43,340 nucleotides of DNA from Macrostomum lignano (GCA_002269645.1 NIVC01002781.1:1-43340); one strand, 5' to 3'; numbered from the stretch's first letter, positions 10,185 to 24,934 are shown. Notes: a model not told the origin generated them from the letters alone. Numbers and translations: made by a program.

Positions 10185-10980
10185 GGGTAGAGATGGGTCA
10201 GGCTGAGTGGAGATGGGTCAGGCTGAGTGGAGATGGGTCAGGCTGGGTAGAGATGGGTCAGGCTGGGTAGAGATGGGTCAGGCTGGGTAGAGATGGGTCA
10301 GGCTGGGAAGAGATGGGTCAGGCTGGGTAGAGATGGGTCAGGCTGGGAAGAAATGGGTCAGGCTGAGTGGAGATGGGTCAGGCTGGGTAGAGATGGGTCA
10401 GGCTGGGTAGAGATGGGTCAGGCTGGGTAGAGATGGGTCAGGCTGGGTAGAGATGGGTCAGGCTGGGTAGAGATGGGTCAGGCTGGGTAGAGATGGGTCA
10501 GGCTGGGTAGAGATGGGTCAGGCTGGGTAGAGATGGGTCAGGCTGGGTAGAGATGGGTCAGGCTGGGTAGAGATGGGTCAGGCTGGGTAGAGATGGGTCA
10601 GGCTGGGTAGAGATGGGTCAGGCTGAGTGGAGATGGGTCAGGCTGGAAAGAGATGGGTCGGGGAAGGTAAAGATGGGTCGGGGAGGGTAAAGATGGGTCG
10701 GGGAGGGTGAAGATGGGTCGGGGAGGGTAAAGATGGATCGGGGAGGGTAAAGATGGGTCGGGGAGGGTAAAGATGGGTCGGGGAGGGTAAAGATGGGTCG
10801 GGGAGGGTAAAGATGGGTCGGGGAGGGTAAAGATGGGTCGGGGAGGGTAAAGATGGGTCAGGGAGGGTAAAGATGGGTCGGGGAGGGTAAAGATGGGTCG
10901 GGGAGGGTAAATATGGGTCGGGGAGGGTAAAGATGGGTCGGGGAGGGTAAAGATGGGTCGGGGAGGGTAAAGATGGGATA
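10185..10980. repeat. 20-bp minisatellite with two sub-arrays (AGATGGGTCAGGCTGGGTAG, then AGATGGGTCGGGGAGGGTAA)
   Basis: About 40 units; variant switch near 10650. Confidence 0.97.
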
Positions 10981-11509
10981 AAGGCTGGATTGATAATCAA
11001 GCAGTGGCCAGTTTATCATCTGTTCGGTCCTCAACTGCCCCCATCGTTTTTTTATCCGGGGATTCAACGCAGGATTAACGTCTCTCGTTGAGATGGGATC
11101 AAGAAAAAAGATATTCTCATGTTGCGGGATTTTAATCCCTTTAGCCCTATCTCCATCTCAGTTCTCAGCCGAGCTGCTCATCCGATCCCATGAGAATTAG
11201 GGGGAAAACATCGGTAGAGGCTTGAGCTGCCCAAAATGGCGTAATGGGATCGAGGATCATTGAGCAAAGCATTCGGAATCCCTTTCGCTGCTCAGGTGCT
11301 GGCCTGACAGATCGGAGGCTGTAATAACTCCTGATGAGGCTGTGGAAGCTGGGGCGGTAGTTATCGACAAGGATTATTAAAGCTGATGATGAGCGACTTG
11401 TCATGGGCAATGAGTGAAGGTAGCTGCAAGGCAATGGCACTCGTTGAAATGGTTGGAGGATAAGAAATGTTGAGGTTGATATAGATGGAGATAGGCGAGA
11501 GGCCGGAGG

Positions 11510-13425
11510 GAGGAGAGTGACAGAGCGGAGACACAGGGTGAGAAGGAGATGCAGAGAGTGGAGACACAGGGTAAGGAGTGGCAGAGAGCGGAGACACAGG
11601 GTGAGAAGGAGTGGCAGAGAGCGGAGACACAGGGTGAGAAGGAGAGGCAGAGAGCGGAGACACAGGGTGAGAAGGAGTGGCAGAGAGCGGAGACACAGGG
11701 TGAGAAGGAGAGGCAGAGAGCGGAGACACAGGGTGAGAAGGAGAGGCAGAGAGTGGAGACACAGGGTGAGAAGGAGAGGCAAAGAGCGGAGACACAGGGT
11801 GAGAAGGAGAGGCAGAGAGTGGAGACACAGGGTGAGAAGGAGAGGCAGAGAGTGGAGACACAGGGTGAGAAGGAGATGCAGAGAGTGGAGACACAGGGTG
11901 AGAAGGAGATGCAGAGAGCGGAGACACAAAGTGAGAAGGAGATGCAGAGAGCGGAGACACAGGGTGAGAAGGAGATGCAGAGAGCGGAGACACAGGGTGA
12001 GAAGGAGATGCAGAGAGCGGAGACACAGGGTGAGAAGGAGATGCAGAGAGCGGAGACACAGGGTGAGAAGGAGATGCAGAGAGCGGAGACACAGGGTGAG
12101 AAGGAGAGGCAGAGAGTGGAGACACAGGGTGAGAAGGAGAGGCAGAGAGCGGAGACACAGGGTGAGAAGGAGAGGCAGAGAGTGGAGACACAGGGTGAGA
12201 AGGAGTAGCAGAGAGTGGAGACACAGGGTGAGAAGGAGATGCAGAGAGCGGAGACACAGGGTGAGAAGGAGAGGCAGAGAGTGGAGACACAGGGTGAGAA
12301 GGAGAGGCAGAGAGCGGAGACACAGGGTGAGAAGGAGATGCAGAGAGTGGAGACACAGGGTGAGAAGGAGATGCAGAGAGCGGAGACACAAAGTGAGAAG
12401 GAGATGCAGAGAGCGGAGACACAGGGTGAGAAGGAGATGCAGAGAGCGGAGACACAGGGTGAGAAGGAGATGCAGAGAGCGGAGACACAGGGTGAGAAGG
12501 AGATGCAGAGAGCGGAGACACAGGGTGAGAAGGAGAGGCAGAGAGTGGAGACACAGGGTGAGAAGGAGAGGCAAAGAGCGGAGACACAGGGTGAGAAGGA
12601 GAGGCAGAGAGTGGAGACACAGGGTGAGAAGGAGAGGCAGAGAGTGGAGACACAGGGTGAGAAGGAGATGCAGAGAGTGGAGACACAGGGTGAGAAGGAG
12701 ATGCAGAGAGTGGAGACACAGGGTGAGAAGGAGAGGCAGAGAGTGGAGACACAGGGTGAGAAGGAGAGGCAGAGAGTGGAGACACAGGGTGAGAAGGAGA
12801 TGCAGAGAGCGGAGACACAGGGTGAGAAGGAGTGGCAGAGAGCGGAGACACAGGGTGAGAAGGAGAGGCAGAGAGTGGAGACACAGGGTGAGAAGGAGAG
12901 GCAGAGAGTGGAGACACAGGGTGAGAAGGAGAGGCAGAGAGCGGAGACACAGGGTGAGAAGGAGAGGCAGAGAGTGGAGACACAGGGTGAGAAGGAGTAG
13001 CAGAGAGTGGAGACACAGGGTGAGAAGGAGATGCAGAGAGCGGAGACACAGGGTGAGAAGGAGAGGCAGAGAGCGGAGACACAGGGTGAGAAGGAGATGC
13101 AGAGAGCGGAGACACAAAGTGAGAAGGAGATGCAGAGAGCGGAGACACAGGGTGAGAAGGAGATGCAGAGAGTGGAGACACAGGGTGAGAAGGAGATGCA
13201 GAGAGCGGAGACACAAAGTGAGAAGGAGATGCAGAGAGCGGAGACACAGGGTGAGAAGGAGATGCAGAGAGCGGAGACACAGGGTGAGAAGGAGATGCAG
13301 AGAGCGGAGACACAGGGTGAGAAGGAGATGCAGAGAGCGGAGACACAGGGTGAGAAGGAGATGCAGAGAGCGGAGACACAGGGTGAGAAGGAGATGCAGA
13401 GAGCGGAGACACAGGGTGAGAAGGG
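11510..13425. repeat. 33-bp minisatellite (GCAGAGAGCGGAGACACAGGGTGAGAAGGAGAT), about 58 copies
   Basis: Direct observation; source of several spurious long ORFs. Confidence 0.98.
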
Positions 13426-14067
13426 CGCAGAGAATTAACAATCCGTGTCAAAAATCCCCATCCAAAGGAGGTGCCCGCTGTTCCCATTCGCTCGCATCCC
13501 ACATCCCACTGGCAGAGCCAGTTCGTAAACAAACAAATCCCCGGGAGAAATCTTGTCTCAGTCTAAATCCTCTTCTCTCCTTTTAGGATCGCATTTCAGA
13601 TGGTCGTCGAAATTTTTTTAAAGCTTTTTATTAGTGGCTCCTGTGCCGGTCAAAGATGGCCAATTTGGTTGCCAGATGCGAGTCTCAGCCAGTCTCAGTT
13701 CTCAATGAGAATATCTTGATGGCATCGCAGAGAGACACAGAGAGAAACGCATAAGTGGCAGCCCAGCCCAACTTCAAACGGCATAATTGGCTTTTGTCCG
13801 TTTCGGCCGGAGGTTTCAGCCAGCACAGGCCTATCCATGTCCCCGCTCTTCCCTGCCTCCTGAAGTGGGGATAAGGATCCCCTTCTCATCCTTGTCTGAA
13901 GTCTCGTGGGAGAGTCGCCAAAGGATTTGAAGATCCTTGGCGGTCCCCGGCTTCACTTGCATTTATCTGGCAGAAGGGACCGACTGCCAGTTCTCTGGCC
14001 AAGTGGCTCAGGCTTAGCGAGTCCGGACTAATGAAGACCGTGAATCAGTTCCGGTGCTGGGTTGGGA

Positions 14068-15310
14068 TCACTCTCATTCACTGTCATTCACTCTCATTCA
14101 CTCTCATTCACTGTCATTCACTCTCATTCACTCTCATTCACTCTCATTCACTCTCCTTCACTGTCATTCACTCTCATTCACTCTCATTCACTCTCCTTCA
14201 CTGTCATTCACTCTCATTCACTCTCATTCACTCTCATTCACTCTCATTCACTCTCATTCACTCTCATTCACTCTCATTCACTCTCATTCACTCTCATTCA
14301 CTCTCATTCACTCTAATTCACTCTCATTCACTCTCACTCTCATTCACTGTCATTCACTCTAATTCACTCTCATTCACTCTCACTCTCATTCACTGTCATT
14401 CACACTCATTCACTCTCATTCACTCTCACTCTCATTCACTGTTATTCACTCTAATTCACTCTCACTATCATTCACTGTCATTCACTCTAATTCACTCTCA
14501 TTCACTCTCACTCTCATTCACTGTCATTCACTCTCATTCACTCTCACTCTCATTCACTGTTATTCACTCTAATTCACTCTCACTCTCATTCACTGTCATT
14601 CACTCTAATTCACTCTCATTCACTCTCACTCTCATTCACTGTTATTCACTCTCATTCACTCTCCTTCACTGTTATTTACTCTCATTCACTCTCATTCACT
14701 GTCACTCTCATTCACTGTCATTCACTCTCATTCACTGTCACTCTCATTCACTGTCAATCTCATTCACTCTCACTCTCATTCACTCTCACTCTCATTCACT
14801 GTCACTCTCATTCACTGTCACTCTCATTCACTCTCACTCTCATTCACTGTCACTCTCATTCACTGTCAGTCTCATTCACTGTCACTCCCATTCACTGTCA
14901 GTCTCATTCACTGTCACTCCCATTCACTGTCAGTCTCATTCACTCTCACTCTCATTCACTCTCACTCTCATTCACTCTCACTCTCATTCACTGTCACTCT
15001 CATTCACTGTCACTCTCATTCACTCTCACTCTCATTCACTCTCACTCTCATTCACTGTCACTCTCATTCACTGTCACTCTCATTCACTCTCACTCTCATT
15101 CACTGTCACTCTCATTCACTGTCAGTCTCATTCACTGTCACTCTCATTCACTGTCAGTCTCATTCACTCTCACTCTCATTCACTCTCACTCTCATTCACT
15201 CTCACTCTCATTCACTGTCACTCTCATTCACTGTCACTCTCGTTCACTCTCACTCTCATTCACTCTCACTCTCATTCACTGTCACTCTCATTCACTGTCA
15301 CTCTAGTTCA
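14068..15310. repeat. 10/16-bp minisatellite (CTCTCATTCA / CTCTCACTCTCATTCA)
   Basis: Direct observation. Confidence 0.97.
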
Positions 15311-15876
15311 CTGAAGAAGATCCGCAGCATCCGAAAATGAAGTCATTCAGCTGAGCACCTTTTGCCCGCAACCAGGCTATTTATTGACACTTCCTTGCCG
15401 GCCAACTGTCCGAGAATTTCTGATTATCGGATCGGACAAACTAGGAGTCTGTGTGAGCAGCCCCGGCCACAAGTGGCCGGGCAATGGAGAGTCTTGCAGA
15501 GCCAAGTCCAGTCTATGCTGGCCAGCAGTTCCTTCCATTCGTAATCCGGTTAAAGAAGGAATTGGCCGCGCGGCCAAGATCTCTGCTTTCCGATAGGATG
15601 GCTGGGCCGGTTTATTGCGCCAGGCCGCGAGTAGCCGCGAGCGACTCCACAAATTTGCTGGCCGGGGTAGCAGTTGGCAAAATCTAATTCTTATTGACAC
15701 TTGCCACTTCTCCTGGGGGGATGGACTTTGGCGTTTGGTCCGGTATCCTCTGCCCCGGTCTCTCAGGGCCCGCGACACCCGTCTTTTAGTCACTTGTTTG
15801 CCCACTGGCGCTCCCCGATCGGTTTAATCCCCTTTTAACCACATTGCCGATTTTTAATGCTGTAAGCAGATGAATC

Positions 15877-16371
<495 letters not shown>

Positions 16372-16897
16372 GTCTGATTCCATTCTGCCTTAAAAATGTG
16401 AAAAAGTATCTGATGATAATCCAAAAATATAAATTATTACACATAATGGACAGCTCCCACCAGATCCCACATTCAGCCGCAGCGATAAACGGTTGATTTT
16501 GGCCACCCGGTTCCCAGGCTGATTAGGGATCGATCCCAGCCCGGATCAGCTATTAATAACGAGATTCCATGGGAGAGTAGCTGGTAAAATCGAATCGAAA
16601 CGGATGAGGCGGACCAGCAGCTTCCGTGCCAATCTGGCTGACCGCTCGGGATTTCTGAGGAGTTTTATCCCCCAATCCATCGGATTCTTTCTTTGCGCCA
16701 ACCGATTTGGATAATTGTTTACGCTGCCCGCTGCGCTTCGCTTTGTGGGGGATTTTTCGAATTTAGGGATCGCCTTGCAATAATAATACGGGGATCGGAC
16801 TGGCTCTGGGGGGCGGGGCAGCTTCAGTTCCCACGCTTCTGTAACTCCCTGCAGCTGCGACTTCGCTTGATTGCTGCGCCTGATAAACAGCGATTAG

Positions 16898-17870
<973 letters not shown>

Positions 17871-18729
17871 GCCAGCCTCGGTGTTTCCTCATCGACTAAT
17901 TCAGCTCTCTTTCCCTTTCCCCGCGGCCGTTTTCCGCCATCAATCTATCCAAGTGTACCTATTTATCTTCACTTAACTCTCTCCTGTGATCTGTGCAGCC
18001 ATCCAACCTAAACAGTTCCCCGTCTTCATCCTAGCAGTCCAGCATTATCGGCCATGTTTGCGTCGGCGGTAGCGGCGGTGTCAGGTTCAGCCAGGAGCGG
18101 TGGCTCCGGCGGGTGCCACCACAAGAGGCCCGGGGGAAAAACTTCGCTCAGCCGGTGCCGTTCATGTTTCACGGCGGCTTGCATTGCCGACAGACTCGCC
18201 GATCGGCTTCGAACCCCTCTCGAGTGTCTCGGGCGTAATGAGGGCCGAGGCAAGTTTATCTGGGAGCAAGAAGTGGCCTATGGGAAATCCTCCCAGGTGC
18301 CAAGTGGGCGGCGGCAGCCTGTTTATTGTCAAACCATCTTCACCCGATGGGCCTCTTTAACAGGAGGAGAGGAAATGTGCAAGGGAAATCTAGGCCGAAG
18401 GGATATTTGGGATAACAATCTGATTTGGGAGCTAAGTGAGCGATATTAAGGTCAAGATTTCGATGTGTTTATCGAGGACCTTCACTCCGGTCCCTGAAGC
18501 AGCGGGGTTGTTAATCGGGGCTGCCAATGGCCGAAGTCAGCTCCTCTTACAGGTGTGGAGGTTGGAAAACAAGAAGGGCCTTCAAGCAGTCGTGCAGGCG
18601 TTCGCTTTCACTAGAGGCAGTTAGCGCCTGAAGTGGACCACCTTAATAAACGCTATTTCGATACATATCGGCAATCGGGATGATTTTCGGCTGCAAGTCT
18701 TGCCACGTTAACTGAAATTCCCCACACCG

Positions 18730-19090
18730 ACTGGCGCCACTCACACACACAGACTGGCGCCACTAACACACACAGACTGGCGCCACTAACACACCCAGAC
18801 TGGCGCCACTAACACACACAGACTGGCGCCACTAACACACCCAGACTGGCGCCACTAACACACCCAGACTGGCGCCACTCACACACACAGACTGGCGCCA
18901 CTAACACACACAGACTGGCGCCACTAACACACACAAACTGGCGCCACTAACACACACAGACTGGCGCCACTAACACACACAAACTGGCGCCACTAACACA
19001 CACAGACTGGCGCCACTAACACACACAGACTGGCGCCACTAACACACACAGACTGGCGCCACTCACACACACAGACTGGCGCCACTAACC
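18730..19090. repeat. 23-bp minisatellite (GACTGGCGCCACTAACACACACA)
   Basis: About 16 units, each with the palindrome TGGCGCCA. Confidence 0.97.
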
Positions 19091-19639
19091 CATCATCCTA
19101 CCTTATCCCGGACTTCTGTCTGCCTTTTAACATTCTCACCCTCTGTGGGTAAAACTGCCACAGGCGATGCAGATATTGATGGGGCATCTTTAGCAAGTAT
19201 CAACAGAGGTCAGCCAGTTAAAGCAATGAAGCAGATTTCAAGAGTTTAATGTATTGCGTCCACGCTCGACGCTTTGAGGTAACGCTACTATCGGCAGTTT
19301 AATGCCGCAGGGGGTGTATAGAGGGTCTCAAAATTTCACACTGAAACCTTCATCACTTCTCTATCATATTATCACGCCTGGAACTTGCCAAGAGAGATAA
19401 GAATCTGTCTGTTACTTAATCATGTTGATAATGACGAACTGGCAAAAATCTGATTTTAAACCTTGAGTTTAAGTTGAGCACGACTCCAAATAGACTTTGA
19501 GCCTATTGTCCCTGAGGGTTCTACCCTGGCAGTGTGCTCTGGTGGTATGTCATTGAAATCATGAGCTTTAATTCTGTCATTTCGTGTTTCAACTGTTTTA
19601 TACCAGATGTATTGGTCCGAAAACTTTTCTTGATGGATG

Positions 19640-20200
19640 TGACAGCATTTTCTGGAGACATTTGACAGCATTTTCTGGAGAGATTTGACAGCATTTTCTG
19701 GAGACATTTGATAGCATTTTCTGAAGAGATTTGACAGCATTTTCTGGTGAGATTTGACAGCATTTTCTGGAGAGATTTGACAGCATTGTCTGGAGAGATT
19801 TGACAGCATTTAGCGACAGATTTGATGGCATTTTAGGGACAGAATTGACAGCATTCAGGGACAGATCTGACAGCATTCAGGGACAGATCTGACAGTATTT
19901 TAGGGACTGATCTGACAGCATTTTAGGGACAGATCTGACAGCATTTTAGGGACAGATCTGACAGCATTTTAGGGACAGATCTGACAGCATTTTAGGGACT
20001 GATCTGACAGCATTTTAAGGACAGATCTGACAGCATTTTAGGGACTGATCTGACAGCATTTTAGGGACTGATCTGACAGCATTTTAGGGACTGATCTGAC
20101 AGATTTTTAGGGACAGATCTGACAGCATATTAGGGACTGATCTGACAGCATTTTAGGGACACAATTGACAAAATTTTCTGAAGAGATTTGACAGCATTTT
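19640..20200. repeat. 23-bp minisatellite (TGACAGCATTTT core), two sub-variants
   Basis: Period 23 (19661/19684 and 19981/20004). Confidence 0.95.
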
Positions 20201-21134
20201 AAGTTCAGATTCGATACAAAATTCTATCTGCCTGCATCAGCCAATTTCTGAACCATTCTCTTCTAGGAGCAACTCATTTTGCTTCACTCAGGAAGCAAAT
20301 TTAACAGCACAGGAAGCAAGCAGTGCAGCGGATTGGCTTTTTGACAGCGGAAAGACAGTTATGCAGACATTCTCAATGGATGTTGCAGAATCTGAAAACA
20401 ACAATAAGCATTTATTCTCTGCATTGTCTTGCTCAGATTTTTCTGTAGTTTTTTTTGTTTTCTCCAAGTTGCCCCGAGGCAGCTAGAAGGCGCCCGGAAG
20501 CCGGCTTCCAGAACAACAATCGTCCTTCCGATGCTGCCTTTCTGCCTCGCTTCGGGGCATCAGAACGCGCGGCTTTTCAATTCTATCGATAGGAATTTCG
20601 GGGCCAGTTCCGTGCGGGAAGCGGTCAGCTCCCAAGTGCCTGCAGCAATGAGGAGCTCGTGGTGGCATTGTTTGCTCTTTCACTCAATAAAAACTTGAAA
20701 AACTCCCCAAACTTCCCGCTGGCAGAGTGCTGAGAAGAAATATAGCAATTGGGCTCAGATTTAGACAGAAACAATGGACAGATTGATTGAATGAAAGTTC
20801 TGCAATGTTTTAACTTGACTTGATTCTTCCTAAGCAAAAAACCCGGCCCAGGGGGGAATGGGGTGCTCGTCAAGGTGAAGTTAGGATTAATTGGATGACA
20901 AATAAGCAGAACTATTTGAGTCACTTAGCAGCTTGCGTGCTCAAGTCTGCCTTGCCGAGGCTGAGTTGAAAGTCTTTGTTGGAAAACAAAGATTAGGATG
21001 TAAAATGATGGGCTTGAGTTCTGCCAGTTGATACAATATAGGTTGTGTAGGCGCTATAGTCAATCGCATGGACACTCAGGGAAAGGTTGTGCACGGCAGG
21101 CATGTGTCTGCGGCCGAAACAGAAGTGCGAGAAA

Positions 21135-21445
21135 GATGAGATGAGATGCAACAGAGAAATGAGATGCTACAGAGAGATGAGATGAGATGAGATAAGAAGC
21201 TACGGAGAGATGAGATGAGATGAGATGCTACAGAGAGATGAGATGAGATGAGATAAGAAGCTACGGAGAGATGAGATGAGATGAGATGAGATAAGATAAG
21301 AAGCTACAGAGAGATGAGATAAGAAGCTACAGAGTGATGAGATGAGATAAGATAAGAAGCTACAGAGAGATGAGATAAGAAGCTACAGAGAGATGAGATA
21401 AAAAGCTACAGAGAGATTAGATGAGCTGCTACAGAGAGATGAGAC
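21135..21445. repeat. (GAGAT)n / AAGAAGCTACA composite repeat
   Basis: Direct observation. Confidence 0.9.
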
Positions 21446-22034
21446 GCCTTGACAACAGTCACAGCAAATCGGGTTAGGTGCTAATGCTAACAATAGAAAT
21501 ATGATTCCTTTCGCGGCTTACACGGCAACCGCGTGGCAACGGTGCTAAAATAACTCCCCCCACACAGCCTGTAATCATTTCTCCCATGCCAAGGAAGAGA
21601 GATCCCTACGGCCATCGAAATCCGATGCCCAGGTGCCAACTGAATATTCGCAATGGATTTCTCAGCCACCTATTGGCCAATTTGAACAAAAAACGGTTTT
21701 TTTTTCTATCGCTTCTCTACGGCTGAAAGCTGACACCCAAAGCGCAGCGATCTGATGCTTGTTCCGCAGGTCTGTTTGCTTTTTGGAAGACAATATTAAT
21801 ACCTGCAGAGCGACGACACCCAGGAAATGAACTTTGGAATGCTATTATAATTAATATAGAGCTAGTGGGTTGCTATCTCAGACTTGTAAGCAGATATTTG
21901 GTGGGTCCGGAGATATGTTGCTTTTAAGGTGAACTTTATTTATAGCCCATAGAGACATTGTTAATCTTTGGCAGGGTGCCAATATCAGTGGTGGCTGAGT
22001 TCATGGGCTTATGAATGAGCTCATATGTGAGTTA

Positions 22035-22430
22035 ATGAGTGACTTCATGAGAGTGACTTCATGAGAGTGACTTCATGAGAGTGACTTCATGAGAGTGACT
22101 TCATGAGAGTGACTTCATGAGAGTGACTCACGAGAGTGACTTCATGAGAGTGACTTCCTGAGAGTGACTTCATCTGAGAGTGACTTCGTGAGAGTGACAA
22201 GAGAGAGTGAATACATGAGAGAGTGAATACATGAGAGAGTGACTCATGAGAGAGTGACTTCATGAGAGTGGCAAGAGAGAGTGACTACATGAGAGTGACA
22301 AGAGAGAGTGACTTCATCTGAGAGTGACTTCATGAGAGTGACTTCATCTGAGAGTGACTTCATGAGAGTGACTTCATGAGAGAGTGACCATATGAGAGAG
22401 TGGACTTTATGAGTGACATTATGAGTGACT
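22035..22430. repeat. 14-bp minisatellite (GAGAGTGACTTCAT)
   Basis: Direct observation. Confidence 0.93.
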
Positions 22431-22900
22431 TCGCGAGATTCTCAAAAATTGTTAGAGCGTTAAATTTTGGCACTCTGCGGCCAGCACTTATTTTAATTTC
22501 ATTTAATTAGGGCTGTTTGCAGGCACTCCACGCCGAGCTCATTAATAATTAATTATTTATTAGACTTCTACCGCTACCCAACCGTATCGAACATGGAGTC
22601 AAGTTTGTACACACAACACACGCATCTGGGAGCCACCAGTCCTCTCTCCCCCTTGCCCCATCACAAAACTGAGCCATGGGGTCAATTGAGCGCGCGAATC
22701 AAGTTATTTGCCGAGTTGTAGCAAAGTCCTCGAGCACGACGCTCCTGCGCGGTGTATGCTGCTTAATAATAGGTAGACATGAGGCGTGCATGCAGTGTTT
22801 GCTCAGGGATCTGAGGGTGTTTCAGCTCATGGCACTATTGATATTCTGCATATTTAGCATGCTATATGGTCCTATAGGAGTGTTGGCTGCTTTATTTTAA

Positions 22901-23802
22901 AGAGCGCCAAGGTTATTGTGAGGGGCGCCTCCAAGGTCATTATCAGGGGCGCCGCCAAGGTCATTATCACGGGGAGCCGCCAAGATCATTATCAGGGGCG
23001 CCTCCAAGGTCATTATCAGGGGCGCCTCCAAGGTCATTATCAGGGGCGCCAAGGTCATTATCAGGGGCGCCGCCAAGGTCATTATCAGGGGCGCCAAGGT
23101 CATTATCAGGGGCGTCAAGGTCATTATGAGGGGCGCCTCCAAGGTCATTATCAGGGGCGCCAAGGTCATTATCAGGGGCGCCAAGGTCATTATGAGGGGC
23201 GCTTCCAAGGTCATTATCAGGGGCGCCAGGGTCATTATCAGGGGCGCCGCCAAGGTCATTATCAGGGGCGCCGCCAAGGTCATTATCAGGGGCGCCGCCA
23301 AGGTCATTATCAGGGGCGCCGCCAAGGTCATTATCAGGGGCGCCAAGGTCATTATCAGGGGCGCCGCCAAGGTCATTATCAGGGGCGCCACCAAGGTCAT
23401 TATCAGGGGCGCCGCCAAGGTCATTATCAGGGGCGCCAAGGTCATTATCAGGGGCGCCAAGGTCATTATCAGGGGCGTCAAGGTCATTATGAGGGGCGCC
23501 TCCAAGGTCATTATCAGGGGCGCCAAGGTCATTATCAGGGGCGGCAAGGTCATTATGAGGGGCGCTTCCAAGGTCATTATCAGGGGCGCCAGGGTCATTA
23601 TCAGGGGCGCCTCCAAGGTCATTATCAGGGGCGCCGCCAAGGTCATTATCAGGGGCGCCAGGGTCATTATCAGGTGCGCCGCCAAGGTCATTATCAGGGA
23701 CGCCGCCAAGGTCATTATCAGGGGCGCCGCCAAGGTCATTATCAGGGGCGCCAAGGTCATTATCAGGGGCGCCAAGGTCTTTATCAGGGGCGCCAAGGTC
23801 AC
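22901..23802. repeat. 21/24-bp minisatellite (CCAAGGTCATTATCAGGGGCG, with or without CCG/CCT), about 400 bp upstream of Six3/6
   Basis: About 40 units. Confidence 0.98.
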
Positions 23803-23959
23803 GATTAGATGCCAAGATAGTCATAAAGAAGAGCGTCATGTTGCGGTCGGTCAGAAGGCGCCAAAAGTAAGCAAGCCTGCAATCTACAGCTTTCTCGATC
23901 ATTTAGCCGCGTTGGATATGGGAACTCCTTCTCCCCTCTCCCACCCTCAGACCCAGCAG

Positions 23960-24019
23960 CCAATTGCAAGCGCTGCAGTCTCGGATGAGGCGTCCAGCAT
24001 CAAAACCCTGGCAGCCAAT
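23960..24019 (+). promoter_or_regulatory. Pair of AGCCAAT (NF-Y-like CCAAT) boxes in the putative Six3/6 proximal promoter
   Basis: CCAAT at 23960-23964 and 24015-24019 in a GC-rich stretch about 180-240 bp upstream of the ATG. TSS unknown. Confidence 0.3.
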
Positions 24020-24200
24020 GGCGCCCCGGCCCGCAATTCCGGCCCCCTCTGCCCCCGTCGCCACCCCCGCCCTCTTCTAAAAGAGAAATCGGCCGCTCAA
24101 GCAAGAGAAGACCCACAACAGCAAAGCCGCTCCGAGACAAATTTGAAACAGAAGAAAATTCAAGCTGGATAGCAACACGGAGCGGCTCCTTCACGACTTG

Positions 24201-24301
24201 ATGAAGGACAGGAAATTGGCGCTGCAACATCTGGTCGGAATGCAGCAGCAGCAGCAGCAGCAGCAGCAGCCGCCAGCTCCGCAGTCGCCGCAGTCGCCAA
24301 C

Positions 24302-24333
<32 letters not shown>

Positions 24334-24934
24334 CGCCGCCGCCACCACCGCCGCTCTTCCTGCCGCCTCCGCTGCCGTCGCTGCAGTTCAGCCCCGACCA
24401 GGTTGGCCGCGTCTGCGAGACTCTGGAAGAGTCCGGCGACATCGAACGGCTCGGCCGGTTCCTCTGGTCGTTGCCGGCCAACCCGCTGCTGTGGGAGGCG
24501 CTGAACCGTCAGGAGTCCATCCTGAGGGCCCGCGCCATTGTGGCCTTCCACACCGGCAACTACCGGGAGATGTACCACCTCATGGAGCTGCACCACTTCG
24601 GCAAGGAGTCGCACGCTAAGCTGCAGACTCTGTGGCTGGAGGCGCACTACCTGGAGGCCGAGAAGCTCCGGGGCCGCCCGCTCGGGCCGGTGGACAAGTA
24701 CCGGGTGCGCAAGAAGTACCCGATGCCCCGGACCATCTGGGACGGCGAGCAGAAGACGCACTGTTTCAAGGAGCGAACCAGAGGCCTGCTGCGCGAGTGG
24801 TACCTGCAGGACCCGTACCCCAACCCGGCCAAGAAGCGGGAGCTGGCCTCGGCCACGGGCCTGACGCCCACCCAGGTTGGCAACTGGTTCAAGAATCGGA
24901 GGCAGCGAGACCGGGCCGCGGCGGCCAAGAACAG
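24201..24934 (+). CDS. Six3/6: SIX3/6 (optix-type) homeobox transcription factor, exon 1 (poly-Q/P N-terminus, SIX domain, homeodomain)
   Basis: SIX domain [30 protein letters not shown]...[13 protein letters not shown]; homeodomain with the Six3/6-diagnostic QKTH tetrapeptide and [20 protein letters not shown]. First ATG after the in-frame TGA at 24144 is 24201 (the track start at 24198 is TTG). Donor AG|GTGAGA at 24935, phase 2. Confidence 0.97.

Noticed and set aside
11165-13586. ORFs of 689-758 aa on both strands
   Set aside because: Products of a stop-free 33-bp tandem unit; no splice context or non-repeat domain.
18054-18449. 131-aa ORF in unique sequence
   Set aside because: No recognisable motif; an ORF of this length is plausible by chance at this GC content.
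21606-21615. CTACGGCCAT resembling the 5' end of 5S rRNA
   Set aside because: Only 10 nt match; downstream sequence does not continue as 5S.
23126-24172. 348-aa ORF running from the array into the Six3/6 promoter or 5' UTR
   Set aside because: Mostly repeat-derived, out of frame with Six3/6, and has no domain; at most a uORF.
24201-24934. Assignment as Six1/2 or Six4/5
   Set aside because: The homeodomain N-terminal arm is QKTH, not ETSY or ETVY.
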